A stretch of DNA of 64,000 nt from assembly GCA_043228905.1 (NCBI GenBank), contig JBHGNT010000014.1, positions 15,562,001-15,626,000 on the forward strand, read 5' to 3'. Positions 26,650-39,246 of the stretch are shown here, one piece after another. The first letter of the stretch is position 1. Each line of letters opens with the position of its first letter. Under the pieces are notes generated by a model. The model was not told the origin of the DNA. It did no database searches and was given only the letters and a program-made list of their open reading frames with translations. The position numbers and the translations under genes were made by a program. Source of the stretch: Azolla caroliniana (Eukaryota; Plantae; Polypodiophyta).

Positions 26650-29600
26650 CATAGAATGAACCATATGTACCATACATGCATACGTTGTCGTGAAGATCCA
26701 TCACTACGTGACCAGAAGGATTTGAAGTTTGCACTAGCTTTAGTGAGAAAGGATTTAAGATAGATAGAGACAGATTTATTGACATTAAGATTCCAATTTT
26801 GAAACAGATTCAGAACGATTGAAATAGAAAGAGAGTTAAGATTGAACTCTTGATTTTAGATTTGAAAGAACAAGATATATCATCAATTGGATAACAAATT
26901 TTCTTCTCTTAATTTCTTGATTCTTACATAACTCCCTTTGATCTTTTTCATCCACTCTTTTTTAGATGTTCCCATGCATATGATGCATGTGAGGGTACAA
27001 GACATGCATACAATGCATGGAATGCATGTGATGCATGTTTGCCATTTGGCGCTCATGCAATACATGTGATGCATGATAACCAAGTCACTCAATCAAGCTC
27101 TAACATGAGAGTTTACATGTGAAAGTATAATGATAGTAAAAACATTTCTAAAGAAATGTCTTGGCTTAGTGGGAAGTTCATTGCCTCCTATCTTGGAGGT
27201 GCAAGGTTCAAGCCTTGCTTGCATCCCTTTGATTACAAATTTCTAATAGGTTCTTTAGTCTAGATGAGTTTGTTTGTTTCACACCAAAATTGTTGCGATC
27301 AACCTATCCGTTCGTTTCGATTCCGGTTTCGTCGCCATCCGGTGCCGGTGCTAGTGTCGGCTCCGGCTTCGTCGTCGTCGTCGTTCGGTTCTGGGTCCTC
27401 CAAAACCATTACAAGTAGTTAAGCCACAGTTTAGCCCAAGAACATTCTACGCACCACACATAAACAAAAAGTAATAACTTCTAGCTCTAGTTATATACTT
27501 TGGGAGCCTGACTTGTCCTATCTATGTGGGATATCTCACAGTTTTGTTTTCCTCTTCAAACTTCACACTCACATAACTTGACACTAATTTGTCCATTTTA
27601 CATGTAGTAAAATGCATTCGGAAGCTCTTGAAGACATCCATCTTTTTGTACCAAGATATAAAATAATATCTTCATTATTATTGTTCCATATTGTGTGTGA
27701 ATAACCACACTCGATTTTGTAGATTCCATGCAATTTTCACACCGTTGACGAAAATCTTTACGACATCCACGCCCACCAAAACGCACGTCCTCCGGTACGT
27801 GCCAAGAAGAGAGAGTGTGAGATTTTGGCTACGGTGATCAATTAGATTCCTCCACGTCCTCGTGTACATAACTCAACTTTGTAGGTTCCGTTCTACCATC
27901 TTCATCGTCGAGGTGATCGAGGTTAGGATCCTTGTCTTGTCTTTTCTTGAAAATCTTTACTCTTTTTTCCGGAATGGGTATGGCCAACTTTGATCCATCT
28001 AGCTCTGCAAGGTGGTATGTGGCATTGTCGTTGGCACTTATCACTACATACGGTTCGAACCATCTTCTTGCGAACTTCCTTGTTGTACTGTGTTGATTGT
28101 CAAGGCTACTATCGTAGAACAATACCCAATCTCCTTCTTCGATCTTCTTGGGACGCAGTTGATGCGTCTTGTCGAACCGAATTTTGTTCTTCACTCGGGC
28201 TGCCTCCATCATCTTTCGCGCTTTTTCTAGATCTTCAGGTCTCCTTTCAAGTTGCCTTATCTGTGTTGCTAATAATTCTTCTCGGTTCATCTCGTTCTCC
28301 CATGGTATCGCTACCCATGAGGCGATCGTCCTTTCGATGGACATTACCGGCTTTTGTCCATACATAAGCTTCGTTGGCATATACCCTATCACTGAACTAT
28401 GTGTAGTTTTGTCAGCCCACAAGGCATAGGGCAATAGTCGTGGCCAATTCCCGACTCGACCATTGCATGCTTGTATGATGGCTTTGACGATTGGTCCATG
28501 CCCTCACTTGATCTTCCCATTTGCTTCTGGATTGTAGGTAGTCATGAGGGAGAGCTTCACACCTAGTCGTTCGAAGAGCTCCATTGTTTCGTGTGCATCC
28601 AACTCCCCTCGGTCGGCTACTATCTTTCCCACACATCCATATCGGCAAACAACCTCTTCGAGTAAAAATTTGCAAACTACCGACATCGTATTATTTATCA
28701 AGTCTTTTCTTGCTAGAGCTAAGTACTTCATTTGTCCCACTCCCATTGGCATCGAGACCAGATCCACCATCCATTTGAAGTGTATGGTGAGCGGGTATGT
28801 CGGCCGTAGCTCATCACGATGACGTATATTCGAATGCATTTGGCAAGTTTCGCATGTGGATACGAAATGGAGTACATCTTTGTACATGCTTGACCACTAG
28901 TACTTCTCCTTCAACTTTTCGAATGTCGCCCATGTACCTCTATGACCTGCCCAAGGACTCTCGTGGAATTCGGTCATCAACGTCACTTGCTCTTCTTTCT
29001 TTACCACCACTCGACGTGACATTCCTGTCCTTCTTTTTGGGTGTCGCCAAAGGAATCCTCCCCTCAAGAGGTATTGGTAAGCTTTCTTCCGGATTCGTAG
29101 AGTCTCCTCCTTCGTCATTGAAGCATCCGTTGTCATTGTTCTTAAGAATCTGCCGATTAGTAACCACTCTCCTTCATACTCATCCTCGTTAAAGGCATGG
29201 AGGGTTAGCATGCCCTTGTCTTCCGCCGATAGTCAAGCCATCTTGAAGAAGTCGAGGGTGACGTCTTCATCTTCCAAAACCATGTCACCTTCATTCTCAA
29301 ATCTTATCCTCGACAGCATGTCAAGCATGGTGTTCTTCTTCCCTACAATGTGGCGGATCTTTGGGCTTAAAGACTTGATATAGGCGATCCACCTTAGCAT
29401 AGCTAGATCTAGGGTCACACATCCTGAAGATCATCCTGAGGATTGGGAGACAATCTGTCTCAATTATCACTTCCGACTCGATCAAGTAGGCTTTGTCCAT
29501 CTTCACTGTAGACTTCCTTCATCTTTTGCCAGCTATCTTCCGATAGCGGAACTGCAACTGGCTTGATCTTCTTATCCACCATTTTATATTTTGTGCTGAT

Positions 29601-32390
29601 GTCAGCTCCCTTCATCAAGATGCTTTGATGATATTCATTGATGATAGCGTACATGTTGATGGAGTTAACCGAAATCACATGTCGATCATGAAGATAGCTC
29701 AAGTCCACGACGTCCTCGATTTCGCCGATGGTGTCGTTAAATGAGGCTTCTTCCATAATATGAGTCACGGACTCTTCTTCTTCTATTATTTTTTCTTCTT
29801 TTAGCATCTTTTCGAAGTCTTGTATCCGATGCTTGTCCTTTTTGTTGGGTAGTACTAGTTTACATGCGCCACTAGGTGTGACACATGTTGCTTCTCCTTG
29901 CAATCCACGCACTCTATTTTCTTGTGGGGACCTGTGATTGCTCGGACTATTTTTGCCCCATGCTTCAATAGTCTGCTCTAAAAATCTGAAGCATCTTCTT
30001 CGAGATAATCCCGATTCCTTTCATGGTTGGCACGTACAGTCAAGAATTGTACGACCTTCTTCCCATCAAGACTCCTAACTCGAGCAAATGCCGCATTATT
30101 GTCGAAACTTTGGTTTCCATCCATGATGATGTTATGTACGGTTGCCCAAGAATGATGGGATGGGATGCCGAGTCTTAAACAAAAAAATGTTGATCTATCT
30201 CGACATCGCCAATTGTGATGGGGATGTTAGGACATGCCCCATACAAGTCTTCAGTAGCTTTCGTAGCAGCACAGATCTTCCACCCATGATTCGTATTTAT
30301 GGGCCATCTTCCCTTCCTATAGACCTCAGTCGACATAAGGTTGATTTCGGACTCATGGTCTATTAACGCTACAACTGTCTCTTTTCTTTCCCCCAACTTT
30401 ACTGGCGTCTCCGTCGTTGCTCGCGCCCAATGAGGCCGAGTATAGTGGTTGTCCACCATGTCTTCCTTGACTTCATCTCTTGCCATCGTTATGGCATTCA
30501 CTTTTGCTTTTAGTGGCTTCTCTTCTTCTTTGTTCGACTGTTGCCTTTTTCTCTTTACGAGGTCCACAATCGTATCATGGAACTCCTTCGTAATGCCGAG
30601 CAATTCCCTCAATGACAAGGTCACGTGGCTATCAAGAACACGTTCCTCGAGAATCTTCTTCAAGTCTGTCGTCTGTTCTATGTCTGACTTTAGTTTATAG
30701 GTAGGCATAGTTCTTGCCTTCTGAGCGGGGTCTTCGACACCAACCTTCACGGGTCGAACCGTTTCTTCGACTCATTTGCTCGACTCCCCTTTCCGACTCG
30801 AGTCTCCTTCCTCCGTTTGTAACGCTCGACTCATTTCTGCATCTTCTTTCTTTTTTGCGTTCCTTGTTTCATGTCTTTTTGATGGGCCTTGCTCTTCTAT
30901 TCATTTTCTCTTTTCTTCGACGAACACCTCGTGGTTGTCGCACATCACTTTTGCGAGTATGGTGTTGTCATCCACCGGATCCGACCATCCGGTGATACTT
31001 TGTATACTTCAGACTGCAAGCTCTACCTCGTTCGAAGTGACTTTTCCCTTCTTCTCATACTCGAGAACGGTAGACCAGAACTTTGTTCCCGTTCTAGCAG
31101 CTTCATTTTTATCTTTTCCGACTCTAATTCCAACCGATGCAGCACAGTGCATCGCATCCACATGAGTCGCCTCAACATCTTCCATAGATTTCTTCATCCC
31201 CCCTCTTTCGAAATTCACCCATGGGGGTCTTCGAGTTTCAGTCGAGTAGATCATGTTGTCATCCATGTATATGATATTTTGTCGAATGCCCCCTCGAAGG
31301 CTCGCGCACTCCCTTCTCATGTGTTCCAAGCTATCACACCACACACACCTAAAGGGTTCTTTTCCTTTCGGGCCCCGACGATTCATGTTCGCTAGTGTGA
31401 CAGTCTCGAACTTGTTCACCAGTTCTTCGAAGATGTCATCATCAATCTTCTTTTCTTTCAAGCTGCTTTGTTTGGGCGGCTTAACTACTTTCAGTTGTCT
31501 TGTTTTCTCCGCGATAGTCAATCCCGCCAAGTCGGTGTCATCAACCCACTGACGACGCTTGTCGAGCCTATTGCATGCTCGCTTCACCGCAACCCAGTCC
31601 GCCACAAGCCCGTTATTATAAAATAATATCTTCATTATTATTGTTCCATATTGTGTGTGAATAACCACACTCGATTTTGTAGATTCCATGCAATTTTCAC
31701 ACCATTGGCGAAAATGTTTACGACAACGCATTTGAAAACGATTCAATCAAACGTGTATGGTAAATAATCTCAAAGTTGGATTGGATTTATAAGTTAGAAA
31801 AAAAGTAAAGATTGGAATTTCAAAAAATGACTATGGTCTATATTATATATTGATTAAATCAAATGTCAACACAACAGAAAGTTCAAAACTTAGGAATTAC
31901 TTAACTACGAAACAATAGAAAGCACGAACATAAAAATCAAATAATTCAAAGACATAATTGTATTGATGATGCGCTCATCTTGCAATTATCGTTGTTCTCA
32001 TCTCGCAACTAGTGAAGGTATTAATTTCTTCACTTTAGAACTTTACAAAAAAATGAGTATGAACTATAGAGATTGAATCAAAATATGTCATTATAAATTA
32101 TAATCAAACGTTCAAAAACTCATATTCGAGAATATGAAGAAAACATTACACTAACATAAAATTTTACTATGACATGACACTAAAGAGAGAAAGAGAGAGA
32201 GGGAGAAAATTGGGATACAAACCCAATATATACACGATAGGAGCACTACAACTCACCACTAAGGTAAGCTAATTTCCTATAACTAAAAAGGAAAAACAAG
32301 AAAAAAAATGAACAAGTATCTTTCCCTTTTCAAATGTGTTCATTTTCAAACGTTTGTATGCTTGCACGAACACGTTTATTATGTTCTATG
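26650..32390. mobile_element. MITE copy 2 (inverted relative to copy 1), 8-bp TSD GTCATATT/GTGATATT, interrupted by the Gypsy at 26686-31725
   Basis: 26650-26685 plus 31726-32390 is the reverse complement of 22421-23358; CATAGAA...TTCTATG ends; TSD 7/8 match. Confidence 0.75.
26686..31725 (-). mobile_element. Deleted Ty3/gypsy element; 3' LTR 26686-27765, 5' LTR remnant 31617-31725; partial gag-PR and INT, RT/RH mostly deleted
   Basis: TGTCG...CGACA ends; ~108 bp shared by 27657-27765 and 31617-31725; ALIDHESEINLMS protease; INT HHCC and core; TSD ACGT/ACGC. Confidence 0.85.
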
Positions 32391-32660
32391 GTGATATTTG
32401 ACCATCGAAGACGATACCATAATTTCTCACTCTCTCACTCTCTCTCTCTCCCACACTCTCTCTCATGTATAGGGTCTAATTGAGGTGATATTTGACCATC
32501 AAAGACGATAATATAATCTATCGAACACGTTTATTATGTTCTATGGTGATATTTGACGTTTATATGTTCTATGCTGATATTTGGCATTTATATGTTCTAT
32601 GGTGATATTTGACCATCGAATACATGATATTTGACCATCGAAGATGATAATATAATCTCT
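32381..32660. repeat. Short patchwork duplications of the MITE end plus flank (ATGTTCTATGGTGATATTTGACCATCGAA)
   Basis: 4-6 partial copies directly visible. Confidence 0.75.
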
Positions 32661-33054
32661 CTTTCTTTCTTTCTTTTTCTCATAAATGTATGTTTATATT
32701 AAAACAATCATGATAATACAAAAAACCTTGCTATCAAAACTACTTCAAAAGTAGCGATGTGGCAAGGGAAACCTTCTAAGGTGTTGCAATACAAAACGAC
32801 ACAAATGTAACTCATATCTAGGGACAAAGTTCCCATACAACATAATTGTGAAAACTGCCAATGGGTTTTGTCACCTTTTCAATGGGTTTTCATTGAAGGT
32901 GATAGAGTTTTACCATCTCCAGAATATAAGTTTGTGTTTGATTATTTGAGGTACTTGGGCATGTGGTATATTTGGAACTTGTGGAATGTTTTCTTATTTG
33001 ATGGGCTTTCTAGGAGTATCTCAAACAGATATGTAGGATAAGAGGAAAGTTAAT

Positions 33055-33101
<47 letters not shown>

Positions 33102-33636
33102 TGTTATCGTCGTCGTTGCTGATATCGCTGCCGCCTGACATCGCTGTTGTCATCGTTTATCGCCGTGTTGTTTGCTGTTGGTGTTGCCGTTGTTTGGTTT
33201 GTAGTTGTTGCCGTTGTTGTCGTTGTCGACCGTTGTTGTCACCTACGCTTCTGACGACGTCGTCGGTTGAGTAAACGAGAGAGTATAAATGTGCTTCTAC
33301 ACTTGTACCTAGCGTGCAAAGCACCGGTGCTCGGCTAAGTTTTCTGTCATTTTTGTCTTTTCTTTCTTTTATCTTTTGAATTACAACATGACTTCTAGAC
33401 GAAACCATAAGGAAACCCACGAAGAAATTATAAGTAAGGAAGAATTTTTAGATGTCCTTAACCGTTTAGTTAAAATAGAAAAATGGGCGAAAGAGATTGA
33501 AGTCGATAAACAAAAAGATAAGGAAGAAAAAGAAGTGCTTATTGCCGAAAAAGTGAAACTTTGTTAAGAAATGGAATGGCAAGAGTGGTTGTAATGTAGC
33601 AGAAGGTGAGCATATGTGTGTGTGTGTGTGTATAAC

Positions 33637-33722
<86 letters not shown>

Positions 33723-34785
33723 AAAGTATATATATGCTATTAACAAAACGAGATACATCCAACAATGACTAAATTACAATGAGTTGGTTTATATACCAAC
33801 TAAGCTAGGTCAAGCGCCCTTTCTACTATTTACACAACTAGCTTGGAGTGTCCATGAGCTAGTGTGAAACCTATCTATGGGAAGTTGAGTTCGATTCTCA
33901 ACACGCCTCTTCAAACACAACTTCCATTTGTCGGAAAGTCATTCGGTTCGTACTTTGACTTGTCTAGTCGGCTGTGTTGCGTATTGCCTAGCCTATCCGT
34001 GCTGCGTCTGCGTCTGCTGCATCTGCGTTTGCATACTCCCCCTCAAGCTCAACAATGTGGACGTCGTGAGACCAAGATCCGATGCAAATTGCCCAAGCTT
34101 GTCGATGCCTAAGGCATTCGTAAAGATATCAATGACTTGTAGGTGCATGCTGATGTGTTGGAGGTCATTTTCTCCGGCCTGGATGCACTCGCGGATGAAG
34201 TGGTAGTGCACTTTGATGTGTTTAATCTGCGTGTGAAATACGGGGTTACGCGCGAGGTAGATACTACTCATGTTGTTGGAGTACATGCATATTGGATCTT
34301 TGATGGGTACGCCCAGATCTTTTAGCATACACTGTCGCGTTGTTACGCGTGTGCGTATAGAACGAGGCAGGACCACGGGGGACTTGGACCGAGGAATAAC
34401 CGATCAGGAGTAGGAGCAAGAAAGACAACGGCCGTGCTTCCACACACACACACACACACACACAGATACACAGAAATTGCAACCGAATGAAACAACGGAA
34501 ACGAGATGAATGCGTATATGTATATATATACTCTGATGAAAAAGGGGTTAGAACCAGTAGGCCGGTGGGCAACAAATCTCCTACGCCTACGCACACGCAC
34601 TCAGAAGAGCGAGATGGAGACTCTGCCGGAAGCACTTAGACGTTCCGCAGAGCAGAGTCAGCCTCCCGAAAACCTTCACAGAGCAAATACAGAGAAAGAC
34701 GGAGGAGAAGAGCTCGGTCCCAGTTCGACAACACTTCGTCCTCGACAAAAGCGATCCTTTTTACGATTCCTCTCCCTCTCTTTTA

Positions 34786-35300
34786 TGTTGGGAGACAGGT
34801 CCCTCCGGATGGGAAGTGAGAAGAACAATGCTGATGAGCCGGATGGTGAAGACCTGGTGAGAACCGGATGCGGAGTACCCGGCAACGGAAGACCTGGTGA
34901 GAACTGGATGTGGAGTACCCGGCAACGGAAGACCCGATGAGAACCGGATGACGAGTACCCGACAAGAGCCGGATGGTGAAGACCCGGTGAGAACTGGATG
35001 ACGAGTACCCGACATGAGCCGGATGGTGAAGGCCCGGTGAGAACCGGATGTGGAGTACCCGGCAACGGAAGACCCGGTGAGAACCGGATGACGTGCGCCC
35101 GGCAAGCGCCGGATGATGCAGGCCCGGTGAGGAGTGCTCACCGGATGAAGGGACATATTCGTAAATATGTTTCTGAGAGTCCATCGTGGCTATATTTGTA
35201 AATAGCCGAAAAGTCATATTAGTATAAATATGACTTAGGGCAAACTTTAATGAGAGTTGTTGTCTTTCTTGTTGGTGCAAGATTAGAGCGCGTAATAGTG

Positions 35301-35364
<64 letters not shown>

Positions 35365-35770
35365 GAGGTCGTTGCCTCTGTTGTAACCGCCGCCTGTGGC
35401 GAAGATCGAGAGCGCGAGGTCGTTGCCTCCGTGAGTTCACTGTTGTAATCATTGTGATATAGTGATAGTTTGGAGTCTGTGGACTTCCGTGGTTTTTTCC
35501 CTCTCATGGCTTTCCACGTTAAACATCCTGTGTACTCTTCTCTCCTTTGTGTCGTGTTTTTTTTATTCCTCGTTTTTCTGTGTTTGATTCTAAGCTCGGT
35601 TGTGGCTGAGCGGTGTTCATAGGAGCGTGTAGTTCCTGTCAAACTGGTATCAGAGCGAAACGACACAGAAAATGGACGATTCGTTGGGAGGTATGTTCAA
35701 GCTCACCGGCTCCAACTATTCGGTGTGGAAGTCGAAGATGAGGGACATGCTCGTGGTTAAAGATCTTTGG
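34786..35770 (+). mobile_element. Truncated Copia: 5' LTR (~34786-35641), tRNA-iMet PBS (35645-35656), gag N-terminus
   Basis: TGTTG...TGTCA, then AAC TGGTATCAGAGC, then MDDSLGGMFKLTGSNYSVWKSKMRDML; GC-rich CCGG tandem repeats at 34835-35150 inside the LTR. Confidence 0.75.
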
Positions 35771-38700
35771 TCACCACAACTCGGAGCGGGATGCCGTTTC
35801 TCTTCTTCGGATGCTTCCATATGCACCCATCCCGTAGGAAGAATCTGTATGCTTTCTTCCGAATCCGGTTGGTCTCTTCTTTCGTCCACGCCACGTCCGG
35901 TGTCATTGTCTTCAGGAACCCACCGATCTGGAGCCACTCCCTGTCGTACTTGCTCTCGTCGAACTCGTTAAGCGCCAGGCAATCAGAGTGCTCCCCTCTA
36001 GTCTTTGCAACACCTTGTCGCAGTCATCGACGTGGTCCGCCACGAATTTCCGGCATCCATCCGATCTTATTGTCTCGTCCTTATCCTCCACTGGGAATCC
36101 TTTGATCGGGATGTTGTCTAAGAATGGCATGGTGATGTCTGGGATACAATCCCTTAGCACTTTGTTCATTTCATTCACCATGTGGGCTACCGAGTTCGTC
36201 CCTCCTTGCAGAAGGGTACACATCCGTACTAGGCCGAGAGGAGTCCGCATCGTCGTAATGTCCCTGCCCTACACGGCTAGCCGGAACTGATCGTATCCCG
36301 AGTACAAATCATCGACCAAGTAAATTGACCTTCCGACGAAGGCCTCTCCGAACTTGTCTATGGTCGGTCCGATTCCTGCGTTCTGAATGGTCACCTTGTT
36401 GACCGGTTGCAGGTCCTGAATGAAGCGCAACGTGCCGTTCTTCTTGGGCACGATAAACCACCGATTAGAATACGGGGCACTTGACGGTTTGAGGATGCCC
36501 ATATCCACCTTCTGTTTCAGCAGCTCCATCAACTTCGGGATGTGAGCTCTGGGTACTGGAATCGGTTTGAGATTCCACAGTACATGTGGTACCGTGAAGA
36601 TCACCATCGGTTCCACAATCGTCGGGTCTACGCACCCGATCTCCTCCGGCGAGAATGCGAAGGCCTTTCCGTGCCTCTCGAGCATTCTCCGAAACCAGTC
36701 CTCCTCCGCCGGCAGTAGAAAGCCACCCCCACCAACCTTGAGCTCTCATAGCGTTATGTCAGTGAATCGGTGTCCTATGCCAGCCGGATCTCGTAAACTT
36801 GGGTCTGACACGACCCCCTTCATCCGTAACTCGCTACCCTTCGGCAAGGGTGCCACGACTGGCCTCACCTTCCAGTCCACAGTCTTGTACTTCGTATCCA
36901 CTCGGGCCGTCCGATCCGACTCGAGTCCTCTACCGAAGTCGGCGATGACTTCGTACATCTTTTCCGAACATACCGGAATCGTCCGGTCTTCACTAAGGCC
37001 CTCTCTGAGCATCTTCCATAACTTCCCCAAGATGTCATCAAGAGAGACCGCCTCCACGGCTTTGTTGATTTCCTCTTTGGGGGCGAGGACTCCGCATGCT
37101 CTGAGTCGCTCTTCTGCCCGCTTCTTCTCCCGGCCAACGACGCCGGCTATTGTACAACCTCCGCCGTCGGAGAACCAAAACTTCCTACCTATGTTACAAG
37201 TTCTTCTGCCTACTATACATGTGTGGGGTTTTTCCGGAGTGTCTGGACTATCGCGTCCCCACGCCTTGATAGCCCTCTCTAAAAATCCCCTCGGCTTTCG
37301 CCGCCGAGGGTCTCGCGGTTACGCTCGTGGTTCGGTCGTACCATCAGAAACTTAACGGAGTGACGCCCATCCTGGCTTTTGACTCGGGCATACGCCGAAC
37401 CGTTGTCCATCACCTTCATCTCCATGCGCGCCGTCGTGATGTATGGTTCTCCGAGTATCACCGGATGCGAGGACGTCTCCTGCACGAAGAAGTGTTGATC
37501 GATCTCGACATCGCCGATTTTCACTCGTACATTCGGGAAGGTTCCGTGTAGCACCTCTGTGGCGCGCATTGTTGTCCATATCTTCCACCCATGCTTGGTG
37601 TTGATTGGCCACTTTCCCTTCTTGTAAAGGTCCATGGATATCAAGTTGATCTCTGAACCATGGTCTACCAATGCCACCACCGGCTCCTGGACGTCCCCGA
37701 TCCGAACAGGGGTTTCCGTAGTGGCCCTAGCCCAATGTAGCCTCGAGTAGTGGCTTTCCACCAACTCGTCCTCCAGGGCCATGTCTTCTAGGTGCGTCGT
37801 TCGCACCTCCATCGGCTTCTCCGGCTCCGGCTCCGTCAAAAGCATTTTCTGCTTCATCAAGTCTACGATGGAGTCATGGAACTCCTTCTTGGCGATACGG
37901 AGCACTTCCCTCAGTGACAACTCCACTTTGCTGTCAAGGATCCGTTCCTCCAGGACCTTTCGTAGGTCCGTGGTCCTTTCAATCTCTATGCTCAACCGGT
38001 AACTGGCCTTCCTTGCCTTGTCCGGTGCACCGGATGCACCAACATCATTCCGCTTCGGCTTGAACCGGGTCTCATACCGTTGTGAGGGTCCAGCCCCCCC
38101 GGTCTTTCCTGTGCGCTTGTCTTCCACCATAACCTCGTAGTTCTGGCACGCGGCTTCCATGAAGCCCGTCTTCTCTTCGACTGGGTCACTCCACCCGGTT
38201 ACCTCCCGGACCCGTCTTTCCACACGGTCCGCTTCCCCTTTCCTTAGCCGTACGTCAGCTAGGCCTTCCAACATCAACGGCTAGAACCCGGAGTCCTTTG
38301 TTTTCCTGACTTCATCACTCCCAACCCGGATTCCCGCCGACACAGAGTAATGGATGGTCTCCGCGTGGCGAGCTGCTGCTTCCTCCATCAACCGTTTCAT
38401 CCCCCCTTGTCCGACGTTCAGATCCAAGGCCCTTCGGGTTTCGCTAACGTGTACCCGCCCATTCCACAGGCACACCCCGTTGGCCCTTATTGCTTCGGCG
38501 AATTCCACGCAGTCCTTTCGGGCGTGGCTGACCGCGTCACACCACAAGCACTGTTGCCCAGCCGGGGGCCTTCGGTCATGAGCTTGTTCGCCATCGTCCC
38601 TTCGTGCTTGTGCAATCTGGAGGTTCCTCACCATCTGAGTAAGCTCCTCCAGAGCCGCCCTTCACGTCGGGTTCACCAAAGATGTCGCGTTGTTGCGCGT

Positions 38701-39108
38701 GTGCATGTGGAAGGCGCAGGACCACGGGGGTCTCGGACTAGGGGGGAAAGGGGTGCCGAGAAACCGAGTCCGAACACGTCCCGGAGGCGTCCGAACATGA
38801 GAGAGAGTGAAAGAGACAAAGAGAGAGAGAAAATGCGCAGGACACCGACTCTTATGCACAGGGAACAATGGCTATGTTCCCGACACCACCAATACACCAA
38901 TATACACAGACAGGTATAAGTATATATATTACAGGGGGAAAGATACAACCCCGGGTTTGAGCCGGACCGAGGTAGGGTAGGTTACAACAGCAGTCTGTTG
39001 CCAAGCCGCCGATAGGGGAGCTCTTGGGCTCGTCGTGCCGAGCGGGGTCTTGCACAAGAGGCCGGGAAAGAGCAAACCCAATACCGACACGAACTCTCTA
39101 CCCACACG

Positions 39109-39246
39109 GCGACGACGACGACGACGACGACGAAGAAGAAGAAGAAGAAGAAGAAGAAGAAGAAGAAGAAGAAGAAGAAGAAGAAGAAGAAGAAGAAGAA
39201 GAAGAAGAAGAAGAAGAAGAAGAAGAAGAAGAAGAAGAAGAAGAAG
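39109..39246 (+). repeat. (GAC)n(GAA)~38 trinucleotide microsatellite inside the Gypsy LTR
   Basis: Directly visible. Confidence 0.95.

Noticed and set aside
22421-32390. A single 10-kb foldback/Mutator element with long TIRs
   Set aside because: Each arm has its own CATAGAA/TTCTATG ends and its own 8-bp flanking duplication, so two MITE copies fit better
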